Shown: positions 10,433-40,100 of the stretch, in pieces | Position numbering within the stretch: the stretch's first letter is position 1 | Layout: the number at the start of each line of letters is the position of its first letter | Translations under genes and position numbers: made by a program | NCBI GenBank assembly: GCA_013239625.1 | Contig: MU054338.1 | Location: 2,544,977-2,608,976, forward strand | Source: Lama guanicoe | Lineage: Eukaryota | DNA length: 64,000 bases | Direction of reading: 5' to 3' | Notes under the pieces: generated by a model | The model's input: only the letters and a program-made list of their open reading frames with translations | Told to the model about the DNA's origin: nothing | Database searches by the model: none

Positions 10433-12949
10433 CTAAGGGCAGAGAATTGGCTCAAACCCTGGTCCCCTGGAGGTGCCCTGAGTGGGACTCGCTGTGTGGA
10501 GAAGGCTGAGAGCCCAGAATGGGACAGATCCTGACACACACGCACATGTGACACATACGCCCACGTGCCAGTCGTCCCGTGGCTGACACCCGCCTGGGCC
10601 AAGTCATCCCCCACCACGAGGAACTCGGCCAGGCCTGCCTGCTGCCCCCTTCCTTGATCCCTGTAGGGCCCCGGGTGCCAGGGAGCCCAGGGTGTGGGGG
10701 AGGAGGAGTAGTGGCCCCCGCCTCCCAGGGAGGACGTATGGAGGGCTGCCTGAGGAGGATCAATGGGGGCTGAGGGGGCTGGGCAGGATCCCGTGGGCCT
10801 CTCGCTGCAACCTGGCTCCTCTGAGGTCACCCCAATAAGGAAGCCAATCTGAAGCCTCTGCCCTGCTGGGGAGAACCTGCACACCCCAGCCCACTGCTGA
10901 CACACAGACAGGCAACCTTCCAAGCAAAGCATCCCCATAGGAGCCCCCGGCCCCTAGACACTCATACCACCGGAGCTGAGCCCTGAGGCCCTTCCCCAAG
11001 TGTCCTAACAGCCATGGAAGGAGACAGATGGAGGCAGAGGCCCTGGGAGGTGGGGGTGAGGCTGCAGCCCCATCTCCCTGCCCCCTTTTCTCACTCTATT
11101 TCAGGACCCCCACCCCCACCCCAAGCACTTGCCTCTCACATCAAGTAGCACTCAGCCAGCCCTCTTAATCAGCAGTTACTCTGCCGGCGCCCTCACCCTC
11201 ACCCAGAGCCCGAAGCTGTCACCTCTGAGCGCCACCCCCATCTCAGGCGCCCTGCCTGCCAAGTCCCTGAGGGGACATTCTTGGGGCAGACTTGGGGGGG
11301 CCAGCCAGTGCCTGGGGGAGGAGCAGGTTAACTGAGACAGACAGGACCAGCCACATGCCCTCGGCTGCCACCCAGGAGCCCCCCAAATCTACTCAGCACA
11401 CTGTGAAGGGAGGTTCCCTTTAAGCTTCTCTGACATTCAACCAGTCAGGGAGGGAGGGGGTGGCAGAGGGGTGGGAAAGCTCCCGGAGTGGAGGCATCTT
11501 GGGGTACAATCATGCAAACAGGGTTCATTTCTGGACTGGTCCGTAAGTCCTTCCATATAGGGACCTTCAAAAATAAAATACCCCAGGGGGTAGCATGGGG
11601 GACACAGGGTGGGGTCTGGGGCCAGGGGTGGGGTAGAGAGAAAGCCGTGAACTCCCTGAGGGGAGCCAGCACCACGGCCACGTCACTGCAAGACACACAT
11701 GCATCCTGGGGTCGCCTGGCCGGGGCATGGTCCCCAGATCTGTCCCCTCTAGGACAAAGAAAATTGAGGAAGAAAAGGCCCAGCCCCCTCCTCTTCCTCC
11801 TCCTCCCCCCACCGCCCTCTTTCCTCCTGGGCCAGTAAAGGGCCCCCGCGGCTGTGTTCCATGCGTCCTTTGCAACGGGGTATGTCTTTCACCACTGTTC
11901 TGTGTCTCACTTTCAGGCCACCGAGTGGGGCCGGGCGGAGGGACAAGGGGATGGTTTCGGTACTTACTTTTCTTTTTCTCTCTGTACAACAGGGGGGCTA
12001 AAGGTCTCGGGGGCTGAAGGAGCCTCCTGGGGCTGGCGGGGCTGGCTTTATAGGAGCCACCCGCCACCCTGCGCCCGGGGCGCCTCACCGGTTATTAATA
12101 GCGACCGCTGCCTCTTGCCCAAGTATGGTCAGGAGCACAGCAGCTGTGGCCCGAGGGCGGCCCTCTGACCTACGAGAGGCGGGCAGCGCCAAGCAGGACC
12201 CAGTGTGGCCTGGTGACTCCTGTGCCTGAGCCCCCAAATCTAACAAGACTCATGCCTAGTGAGGGGTGCCCGGTGTGTGCCGGATCCCGACACAGCCTGT
12301 CCTCCAACCCTTGCTGCCATCCCAGGAACCACTGTCCCTAAGGAGGACAAAGCTGTACCCTGTCTACCAAGAACCAATCAGGCTGCGTCAAACCCAGGAC
12401 CATCTGACTCATTTTGCAGATGGTGTGTGACAAATGCACGATGTGGTACAAGGCCTAAATTCTGGCTCCATCTTCCATCCGCCAAATCCGGGAGGGCCGC
12501 TCAGTGACCCCCACTGAGCCCCCCACCAATGAGGCCCTGCTTCTCCAGGGCATCTTGCCGCCGCCCTATGCTGCCTCAGCTCCCCGCCCAACAGAAGAGC
12601 AGGAAGTCATGCAAGGCAAGGAGCTGAGAATGTCACTGGCTGTCCTTGTGCCAACCCCTGACATGGGGTATCCTTGAAACTGTCTTCCCTGCGTGGGCCA
12701 TGAGACCGCCCACTCCTCTCCTGCCTCACCCCGGGTCCTGCCCCTTCTGACTCTTCTCTGCTGGTCACTGGCAGAGCCAGGAGGCTTTCTGCCCACTGGG
12801 GAGCTTTCCTGTAGGGCCTGTTGCCAGGTTCCTCCTAAAGGTGGAGCCCATGGGCCAGGTTCCACCGGGGGCAGTGAGACGGCTCAGCCCAGGGCCGATC
12901 ACACCAGTGCCGCCTCCCCACACAAGGGAGCCAGTGAAAGCACACAAGG

Positions 12950-13320
12950 TAGGGGTCCTGGAGAAACAGGACCAGGCATGGCTTTCTTGACATCAGGGAA
13001 GCCATTTTTTACCTAAGCCAGTTTGGAATCTAAGCCTGGCCACAATGTTTGTCCTTGAACAGGCCTCAGTAATTAAGGGAACAAAAGACCGCAGGGAGGA
13101 ATGACTTACCAGGCAAGAGAAGTAACAATAGCAAAGATAATGGATCAGCTGTAAGGGCTCCCAGCTCTGGCAGTCATGATACAGATTAGCCTGAAGCACT
13201 TTCTTGAGCTGTTTTGCTGAATTTAAACTCCCTTTGAGTGCTCAACCACAAGATCAGCCAGAACCTAAAGGATGATGATGGTGACCTTTTCTGACCCTCA
13301 TGACTTCAATCAAATAAAGC
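12950..13320. mobile_element. Probable ERV1-type LTR fragment
   Basis: AT-shifted block (aatagcaaagataatgg, gaacctaaaggatgatg, tgacttcaatcaa) with LTR-like character; family not determined. Confidence 0.4.
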
Positions 13321-14084
13321 TTGGACTCTGTCAGCTGCCCCAAATCTGAGCCCTCCCAGATCCTCTCCCTTCCCTGTGGAGGGGGTGTGGGGCCATGTGG
13401 CTCTAGAGGCATCGCTCGTGACCCCTGTGCCCACCCTTGTCTCACTCTGAAGCTGGTGTCACAGTGTCCATTTAGAGAACTTGACCTGCCCGGAAACACC
13501 AGCTTTGCTGGTCTCAGGTCAACACTGGGATGTAAGCTGCACCGTTATGTTTACACAGTGCTCTGCAAGTTCCCACTTACTCCTCATAGCATCTCCGGAG
13601 AGGGAAGGAATCACTACCTCCATGCAGCCAGCAAGGAGGGGGAATCTGCAAGTTCGGCGCAGAGCTGGCCCTGGAACCCCAGCCTCCCTCACCTGCCTTC
13701 TTCTGTGCGAGCTTCACTGAGAGAAATACAGGCTTTCAACCCTTTCCTTGCAGAGTTTCACATACACTGCAGCCAAACCCTGAGCCAGTCTTGGGGCAGG
13801 TATGGCCTGACTCCCACCAGCCTCCCATCAGCTGGAGGGACAGAGTCAAGGCTCCCACAGTTCATTCCAACACATCTTAAGCAGCAGGCAAGAAAACATC
13901 CTTACTTTGCACAAGGCAAAACCAGATACAGGGAGCCCTCACTCTGCAGACCTGAGAAGGTGTAACATGCACCCCCAATCATACCCCTGAAAGAAAAGGG
14001 CTGAGGGATGGGGTGCCTAAAGGGGGGACTTGAGAGTTGGATTGCTCAGTAAACCTGGGAGCAGGCGCAGTGCACCTTCATCAG

Positions 14085-14555
14085 TGTGAGTCAGCTACTG
14101 CTGCGTAATAAAGCACCACAAACTTGGTGCCTTAAAACAATGCACATTATCATCTCATAGCTGTGGGTCAGGAATCTCACAGGGCTTACCTTGGTCTTCT
14201 GCTCAGGGTTCCCTGGGAGGCTGCAATCCAGGTGTCAGGCCAGGCTGGATTTTATCCAAAGGCTCAACTGGGGAAGGATCCACCACTAGGATCCCTCATG
14301 CGGTTGGCAGGCTTCATTTCTGGCTGGCTGTTCCTTGCCATGTGGGCATGACAGCTCGTTGCATCAAAGCCAGCAAGGGAGAGCCAGCTAGCACGATGGA
14401 AGTCAGCCTGTGCAGCCCAACCATGGACATGACCTCCACCTTCTTCGCAGCACTGTGTCGGTTAGAATCTGCCACTAGGCCGGTCTGCTCTCACGGGAGT
14501 GGGGAGCAGGAGTCAGGGCTCCTTGGAGGCCACCCTGGGGTCTGCCTGCCACAGG
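14085..14555 (-). mobile_element. MLT1-like LTR (antisense)
   Basis: cacaaacttggtgccttaaaacaa...tctcatagctgtgggtcaggaatc...ctgcctgccaca. Confidence 0.65.
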
Positions 14556-15373
14556 CAGAATAAATTAAGTGTTAGCCCCACAGGCTCTGCAGAGGGACAG
14601 TGCCAAGTGCTTACGTGGGCCAGATACACTGGTGAGGTACTTTATGACCACAGCGTGGTTCCCTGTGCCCTGAACTGACAGGCTGAGGAAGCCGAGGCTG
14701 CGCTGAGCTGAGCCAGCCAAGATAACCCAGGTCAAAGGGCGTGGGACAGAGGTTGCCTCCAAAGCGAGGGTGCCTACTCATGCCACCGCTGAAGGCACTG
14801 GGGAATTTGCCCTCAGCATGGAGGTGCTTTGGATACTGAATGGGCAGGTGTGAGTCCAAAGGGAATTTTGAGTTCTACCCAGTCTTCATCAGAAAGACTG
14901 CACGGGTGAGGGCCCCGCCTCTACCCTCATCAAGACAGACATTGTCTCCACTTCCCACTCACATCTCCAGTGTCTGACGTGGCGCCCACAATGGGAGATG
15001 ACTGGGTAAAGTTGGCTGGATGAATGCTGTTTACTGGGCCTCTGGGATCTCCAGGGAGCCTCTGGCTAACCACTCTTGGTGTCTAGAGACCCTCCAGCAC
15101 TGCAGAGAAGCGCCTCCTTTTCCACAGGAGGCAGGTGGCACCAAAGATGATGCCCACTGATCTTACACAAGCACCCACACTGCGCGCCCCTTTCCTGCCA
15201 GACTGACTGCACTTTGCAACGTACTATCTGGGGATGTGCTGCTCAGAGCCCTGTCTTGAAGCCCTAACAGCCAGCTGCCAGCTATAAAGGACAATCATAG
15301 ACTGACTGGGGAAACCTGACCATTTGACAAAAGCTGAAATTTACTGAGATTTTAAATGAAAGTTGTTGACCAA

Positions 15374-15604
15374 AAAGAGCTATAAAAGGATGAATTTTAT
15401 GGGTCGTATCTCAGTTTAAAACTAATTAAAAAAAAAAAGTGCTGTGCCCCTCAATGCATGGAATGAGATAACAAGACTGACCGGGCCACAAAGAGCTATA
15501 AAAGGATGAATTTTATGGGTCGTATCTCAGTTTAAAACTAATTAAAAAAAAAAGTGCTGTGCCCCTCAATGCATGGAATGAGATAACAAGACTGACCGGG
15601 CCAC
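15374..15604. repeat. Near-perfect head-to-tail tandem duplication, units 15374-15489 (116 bp) and 15490-15604 (115 bp)
   Basis: Both units read aaagagctataaaaggatgaattttatgggtcgtatctcagtttaaaactaatt(A)n gtgctgtgcccctcaatgcatggaatgagataacaagactgaccgggccac; they differ only in A11 vs A10. Confidence 0.95.
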
Positions 15605-16037
15605 TCAGAAAGCAGCAGAGGACCAGAGAAGCCGTCCTCGGAGCCCATTCCACACCCAGAGGCCACAGAGTGGCAGCAGGAGCAGCAAGGGCGCCTCCTC
15701 CAGGTGAGCCCAAAGCAGGGCAGGGGAGCCCACGTGTGACCTGGCAGTGTCCCGAGGGGCACAGAGGACAGGAAACCCTTCTCAGCCCACTCTGGCTGCT
15801 CAGAAGCCTTCAAGCCATTGCAATGGAAAGAACCAGGGTCCAGCTGAACCCCAAGATCGGGGCAGCCTCCAGGGCCCCCCAGGTCTGCCCTATTCTGCCC
15901 AAGGAGAACAGGTGCAGGCAGTGACAGAGGGAAGGAGACACAAGAGGCCAGACAGGCTGTGACGCCAGGTGACCACCAAGGCTGGCTGTCCCTGCCCCGG
16001 TCTGAGCAGAGAACAGCTGGACGCCGGGAAGCCAGGC

Positions 16038-16043
16038 TTTATT
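16038..16043 (-). terminator. Candidate DAPK3 polyadenylation signal (AATAAA on minus strand)
   Basis: First canonical AATAAA I found downstream of the DAPK3 stop; implies a ~1.65 kb 3' UTR. Confidence 0.45.
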
Positions 16044-17680
16044 GCCCTTTTCTAAGCAGGCACATGCTTAGAGACATGCATGTCATACAATGGAGGTTGT
16101 GAGGGGGATACAGCGGGCCCGCCCCACCAAAGGCTTTGCCAGCCCCACAGCTAGGTCCCAACGCCCTCCTCGGTCCTGCAGGGTCCTGTGGCCTGAGCCC
16201 CAACCAGGGCCACAGCTGGAGTGCCCGCCCACCTGCCCAGCTCCTCCTTGCACTCGGCTGGAGTTGACCTCCATCCCGAGGACTCCTCTTGGGCTAAGGG
16301 GATGCTGCACAGGATCCCTTGATTAACACAACCAGCAACAGAGAATTCCAAGTTCAGGGCAGCCACAGGCCAGGGACCCACGTTTCATTGAAGCCTGGCA
16401 CTTCCTCTGGGGCGCAAACGCCACTCAAGGGCAGCACCTAGTGGCGCACTGCGGAACTGCTCACTCAACCCCCTTAACCCTCTGGTCCAGGGCACGCTCT
16501 CCCAGGGTCCTCACACAGACATGTTCCTGCAAACACCGGGGAGGCAGTGGAACGGCTTCTCCATGCACGGGACAGCATGGAGCATGGGCAGGGAGGTGGT
16601 TGTAAGGGTCCCTGGGGCTCTCTAGGGAGGGGACACTGGGAACATGGGCCTCTAGCAATTACTCCACGGGGCCCACACGAGAGCTGCTGGCCTGAAGCCC
16701 TAATGGTTCCGAAGGCAGCACTGGAGAAGACAGTGAGATGGGACAGGGGAAGAGGCAGGGCTGGGACCCTCACGGATGGCTCTGGTGAGTCAGGGGCTCT
16801 GCGCTGTCGGGGAGCTGGAGAGGAGAGGCTGGCTTCACAGCCTGCCCCGCTGGGGAGGGCCGCGGGCAGCCGCAGCTCTTCCCCGCCTGGCCCCAGCGGA
16901 GCCAGGGAGTGGAGTGGAGTGGAGACTCCCTTTGCAGCCAGCTGTTTTCTCTACTGCATGCTGGCACCGTGCCTGCCACACAGTCTCCCCGGTACTACCC
17001 CAGACCAACAGCTCCTTGGGGGCTGGGTCGTCTCAGCTCTGGCCCCGGTGCCCCGCCCCGGGCTGGGGACAATGGGAGGGGCTAGGCATCTGAAGGGCCG
17101 GGCTCAGAGGCCACCTCCACCACTGACCCGGGAGGAGCAGCCTCCCGTCTGCAGAAGAGGAGCTGGGGTGTCCAGCAGGAGTCCATCAATTCTGAGCCCT
17201 GGGGCGAGCCCGGGCACTCAGAGACCCTCCCCAAGGCTCCATGCACTTGGGTCACATGGAGGGCCTGAAGCTGCTGGCCCAAGCCCTGGGCACAAAGGCT
17301 GCCACGCTGACACCCCCAGGTGTGAGGCATCTGTGTCCACTGTGGCCAGTTCCATACTGGAGATGTCAACTCCTCACAGAATTCAGAGTTCCTGAGGGGA
17401 CACTGGCTCAGAAGCCCCCAGAGTTGAGTTGCAGGACAGAGGGTCTGAGCTGGGGGGGGAACGCAGGCTCTGCAGAGAAGGCCAGACCAGCATGTCCTCC
17501 AGGGGCAGAGCCGAGCCAAGGTCCTCCCGTCGGCCATGAATTCCTGGGCCCTGTGAAGTGCATTCCGGACCAGCGCTCTTCCCAAGTCAGCCTCCAGCCT
17601 GTGGGCCCTCCAGGGAGGGCCACACCAGGGTGACAGGGGTGCCACCCAGAGCGGCGGGACACTGCATACCCCAGGAGGCC

Positions 17681-28049
<10,369 letters not shown>

Positions 28050-29099
28050 GGTGGCCGGTCTGCCTTCCAGCACCTTCCACTTCAGTGAAAACTGTCACAG
28101 TGGCCCCGGGAATCCTCTAGCTGTGACCCTGGAGGAGACAGGGAAGTAGGAAAGGAGATGCCAGCCATTACTTCTAGGTGAACAGATTTGCTCCCCAAAA
28201 ATAGGTTTCACATCACCCCACACTGAAACTCCACGCTCCTCACAGAAAGCACTTGCACTTGGTGGGTGGGGTACTTTCCTGGGTCATCTGATTTAGCTAT
28301 CACACCACCCAATAGCTCAGTGTTAGCCCCACTGTGCCACCTTCACTCCCACAACTCCCACCAAACACACACCTCTGGTTCTCCACAGTGCCCCAGTCTT
28401 TCCCTGCTTCTCCTTCCCAGGCTTCTCTCAACATGTTCATCCAGAGCCCCACACATTTCTGCAAGTTCCCCCACACTCTTCACACCACCAAACCCTGGGG
28501 CTCCCTGATTCTCTGCCAAGTTTCCTAACTGGTTCCAGTCCCAACACACTCCCATCTCCCTGCCCGTCTGCAACCTCAACCCCTCCCTGTCCTTACCCGC
28601 GCTACTCCTACACCCCCTCCCTATCTCGGCTGGTCTCTTAAGACGCCCCGCAGCAGTGCTCACCCCATCTCTTGCTCCCCTCAGTCTTGAATTCCCAGGG
28701 AACTGGACAATGGCTTCCAAGCTCCTGCAAGGTCCCTACTCACTCTTGCCTGCCCCTGACTTCCACTGTCCTAGGAAAGCTAACTTCTTTCTCATCGCTC
28801 CTCGAAAACACCCACCCTTCAAGGTTTCAAAGTCCCCCACCCCGAGTCTCCAAGCCCCAAACGGGACCCCCCAAAGGGCCACATCTGAGAGTCTCCTCCA
28901 TCGTCCTTCACCCCCAGCCTTCTCACAGGCTCCAAGGCAGACCCCGATGGCTTCCGTCATAGAAGCCTCCAAGGTCTCCCCAACCCCTAACACCCCTGCT
29001 CCAGCGTCCCAGATGCCACCACGCCCCTCACAGGCCACGGTCCACCTCCTCCGGCCAGGTCATCCCAGGGGTCCCTAAACGTCACCCCTCAACTCCCCC

Positions 29100-29620
29100 G
29101 AGGGCCCCTCCATCCGCCAACCTCAGACCGAGCCCATTCCGCACCCTCCTCGGCCCCGCACCACGGACCGGCCCCTCAGCCGCGCTGGCCGCCGCCGCGT
29201 CCTCAGGCCCCGCCGCTTCGGCCGCCTCGAAGTGCCGACCCGTGCGACGTCACCGCGCCCGCCAGTTCCCGCCCCCCGGAGGCAGATCCCACGGCCCACT
29301 GGTCAGTGCGCCCGCCGCTCATGAAGCCCCGCCCTCCACCACCTTCCAAGCCCTGGCCCGCGGGCGTCCCACCCTCCTCAGCAGAATGCTATCTCTGGAA
29401 CAGCCTCGCCTTCCCGCGGCTGATTGGCTGTACTGAACGCCGGTCAAGCTTACGGAAGTTGGCCTTCCGACTTCCGGCCCCTGGTCCGCCCCGCCCGTTC
29501 CCCGACGCGGCTCTGAAGCCGGGAGGCGGGATGCTGAAGACCTGCGTCGCTCTTCCTGCCTTTCTTGGGCATGATACGCGAATCCGAAGACCAGAACCGG
29601 TAGGACAGCTCCTGGGGTGG
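29100..29620 (-). promoter_or_regulatory. DAPK3 CpG-island promoter and probable non-coding first exon (~29160-29250)
   Basis: CpG-rich island ~1 kb upstream of the ATG exon with ETS motifs (CGGAAGT 29453-29459, ACTTCCGG 29470-29477), CCAAT (ATTGG 29423-29427), CRE-like CGACGTCA 29245-29252 and GC boxes. Exact exon ends cannot be determined. Confidence 0.75.
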
Positions 29621-31313
29621 ATCCTGGGGCTGTTTAAGCCCTTGAGTGGCAGTCTCCTCCTCTGTAAAATGTTACCCAACTTCCAAATACGTAAAAACGC
29701 GAATCAGGTCAGTCAGGTGTTGCCATTAACTCTTGAGGATTGTTTCGTGACTCCTTTTCGACCTAAGATAAATGATAGCAGCTACTGCTGACTGAACCTT
29801 AAATGCGTACCAATCAACCTGAGAAGGTAAAATACAGTAATATCTTACCCACTCTAACAGTTGGGGGAACAGATCCAGAGAGGTTACCTAACCCAGCCAA
29901 AGTCACATAGCCTGTAAAGGCATAGCTGAGATTCTTTCCATGCAGAACTAACTACCTTAGATGCCGTCTGACACAGACCCTGTCTCTTTGTCTTCGCTAA
30001 CCGCCCTGACTTTGGCAAGTCTCCCTCTTCACTCCAACACCATTTGTCTTCCTTCCCACCTCAAACGTCTCATTTCCACCGTTGTTTTGGCACAAGCTGT
30101 TCCTCCTGCCTGGAGGTCGCCTTCCTGCACCCTTACTGAACTTCAGTTCACAGCTACAGCAGTGCCTTCTCCCATATCCAGTTCTCCCTATCATTACATC
30201 TTACACTAGTCTGGTACACTTGCCACCACTAATGAACCAACAGTGAAACGTTAACCAAAGTCCATACTTTATTCATAATAGACTCCCTTGTGTTTCCCTA
30301 ATGTCCTTTATCTTCTCATGTCACATTTAGTTATGCCTCCTTAGATTCCTCCGGGCTATGACAACTTCTCGGTTTCCGATTTTTAATGAGCTTTGAGGAT
30401 TGGTCAGGTATTTTATGTTAAGTCCCCTGAATTGGGATTTGCCTGCTTTTCTCATGGTTAGACTGGGATGATGGGTTTTATGTAAACCAGAGCGGCATTC
30501 TCATCACATCAAGGGTCTACATTATCATGATTCATCACTGATGTCGACCTTGGTCATCTAGCTCCAAGTATGTCTGGTATCGTTACTTTTTTCTCCTCCT
30601 TCCATACTTAGATTCAGCAATAAAGCTGAAACCTCATGGACACATTAGTGAAGCTTAGGCCTGGGCAGCCTGGCCAACCTCCTGGCCAATAACCCACCAG
30701 TACTTCACTCTCTCCATCTGCCTGAGGACAACCTGTATATAACAAATCTGAGTTAAACTCTTTGACAAACCCAGAGAATCCGACAAAGGGATCTTCACCG
30801 CTGCTCAAGGAGCTGGTACGAGCACAGAATTTAGGTCAGGGGGGTCATTACCACATCCTAGGAACCTTTTTATAAGTGAGCCCCTAGCGCGCTTCACTAG
30901 TTACAAGTTTTGATGGGGTAAGACAAAAAGCAATTTTACAAGCCTGCACTAACAGCACCAGCCCCATCAGGCTATGGAAATGTAGTTAAAACTAAAGGTC
31001 AAAAATCTGATTCTGGGGCTGCTCCCATTTCAACTGCTCAGTAGACACATGGAGCCAGTGGCTGCCCCTCAGAACAGCACAGCCACAGGACAGCCAAGGA
31101 CAGTCCCACCATCACAGAAGTCTGGGTGACAGATGGACTACTGGACTGGCCTGGATCACGTGTCTTGGACCTGCTGGTGTGACCTTTGGACACGTTGAAA
31201 TGATACTGAACACTGCACTGGGATAGCACCAACCACCACGCACTGGCAGGGGCAGCCTGAGTGGATGGCGAAGGAACATGTGGACACACACACACGATCA
31301 CCACCGTATCAAA

Positions 31314-31319
31314 TTTATT
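31314..31319 (-). terminator. EEF2 polyadenylation signal AATAAA
   Basis: AATAAA on minus ~510 nt after the stop, followed by a GT-rich element (gtgtgtgtgtcc). Confidence 0.85.
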
Positions 31320-31825
31320 ATTCCAATGGCACTAGTACAGCTGGAGGTGCTCATGGTGACACTGCACAGGATTTCCTGCCTTCTAGTTTCTGTCCAAAGA
31401 GAACATCTACCCGCTTGTTCCTTCCCCCTTCTGGAGGAAAATCCACTACGGACCATTTACCCAAATAAACCTCTTAATGTGATTTGTTTTAATTATTTTA
31501 TGGACATTTGAGTTTCCCTCTGAAGAAACAAAATCAAGTGTTGGGTGTCCCATCCCCCCATCCCCACAGGCCAGGTAAGTCCCTGCTGTTAAGGATATTT
31601 CTGTTGCCTCAAATCTGGAAATAAATACCAAAAGAAACGTCATCAAGTGTTCATGTTGAGCGATGGCACGGAGTAGGCCCCAGAAACCGGTCAGGCAGAG
31701 AATTACTGGGTCTGGACAGTCTCAAGGTGTTGTGGAGAATGTGGGGGCTTGTTGCTGTGGTCACCTGTCCCTAGGCGCGGGGGCTGCGCTGAGTCCCACC
31801 AGGAGGCAGGCTGCAGGGAGCCCGC

Positions 31826-39910
<8,085 letters not shown>

Positions 39911-39983
39911 GGTGGCGGATGGCGGTGGATTCTCCCTAGCAGATCCAACAGCGATAAGCCGCGCCGAGGATGGCGGCGACGAC

Positions 39984-40100
39984 GGCGGAAGAGAACACTG
40001 ACGTCAACACCCGAGCTTTTATAGGCCGACGCCGGTTGGGTGGGTCATCTGACCGCGCTTCGAGGGCGGGGCGAAGCGACGCCGCGCGCAGGCGCACGGA
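39984..40100 (-). promoter_or_regulatory. EEF2 core promoter: TATA (TATAAAA, 40023-40017), palindromic CRE TGACGTCA (39999-40006), 5'TOP start CTCTTCCGCC (~39993), GC box and NRF1-like site; CpG island ~39550-40270
   Basis: Motifs read directly; TATA-to-TOP spacing ~30 nt; EEF2 is an established TOP mRNA. Confidence 0.9.

Noticed and set aside
16547..17395. 282-aa plus-strand ORF, the longest non-genic ORF
   Set aside because: Low-complexity G/P/A/S/R composition, non-ATG start (GTG), antisense to the DAPK3 3' region, no recognisable domain; expected by chance at this GC content.
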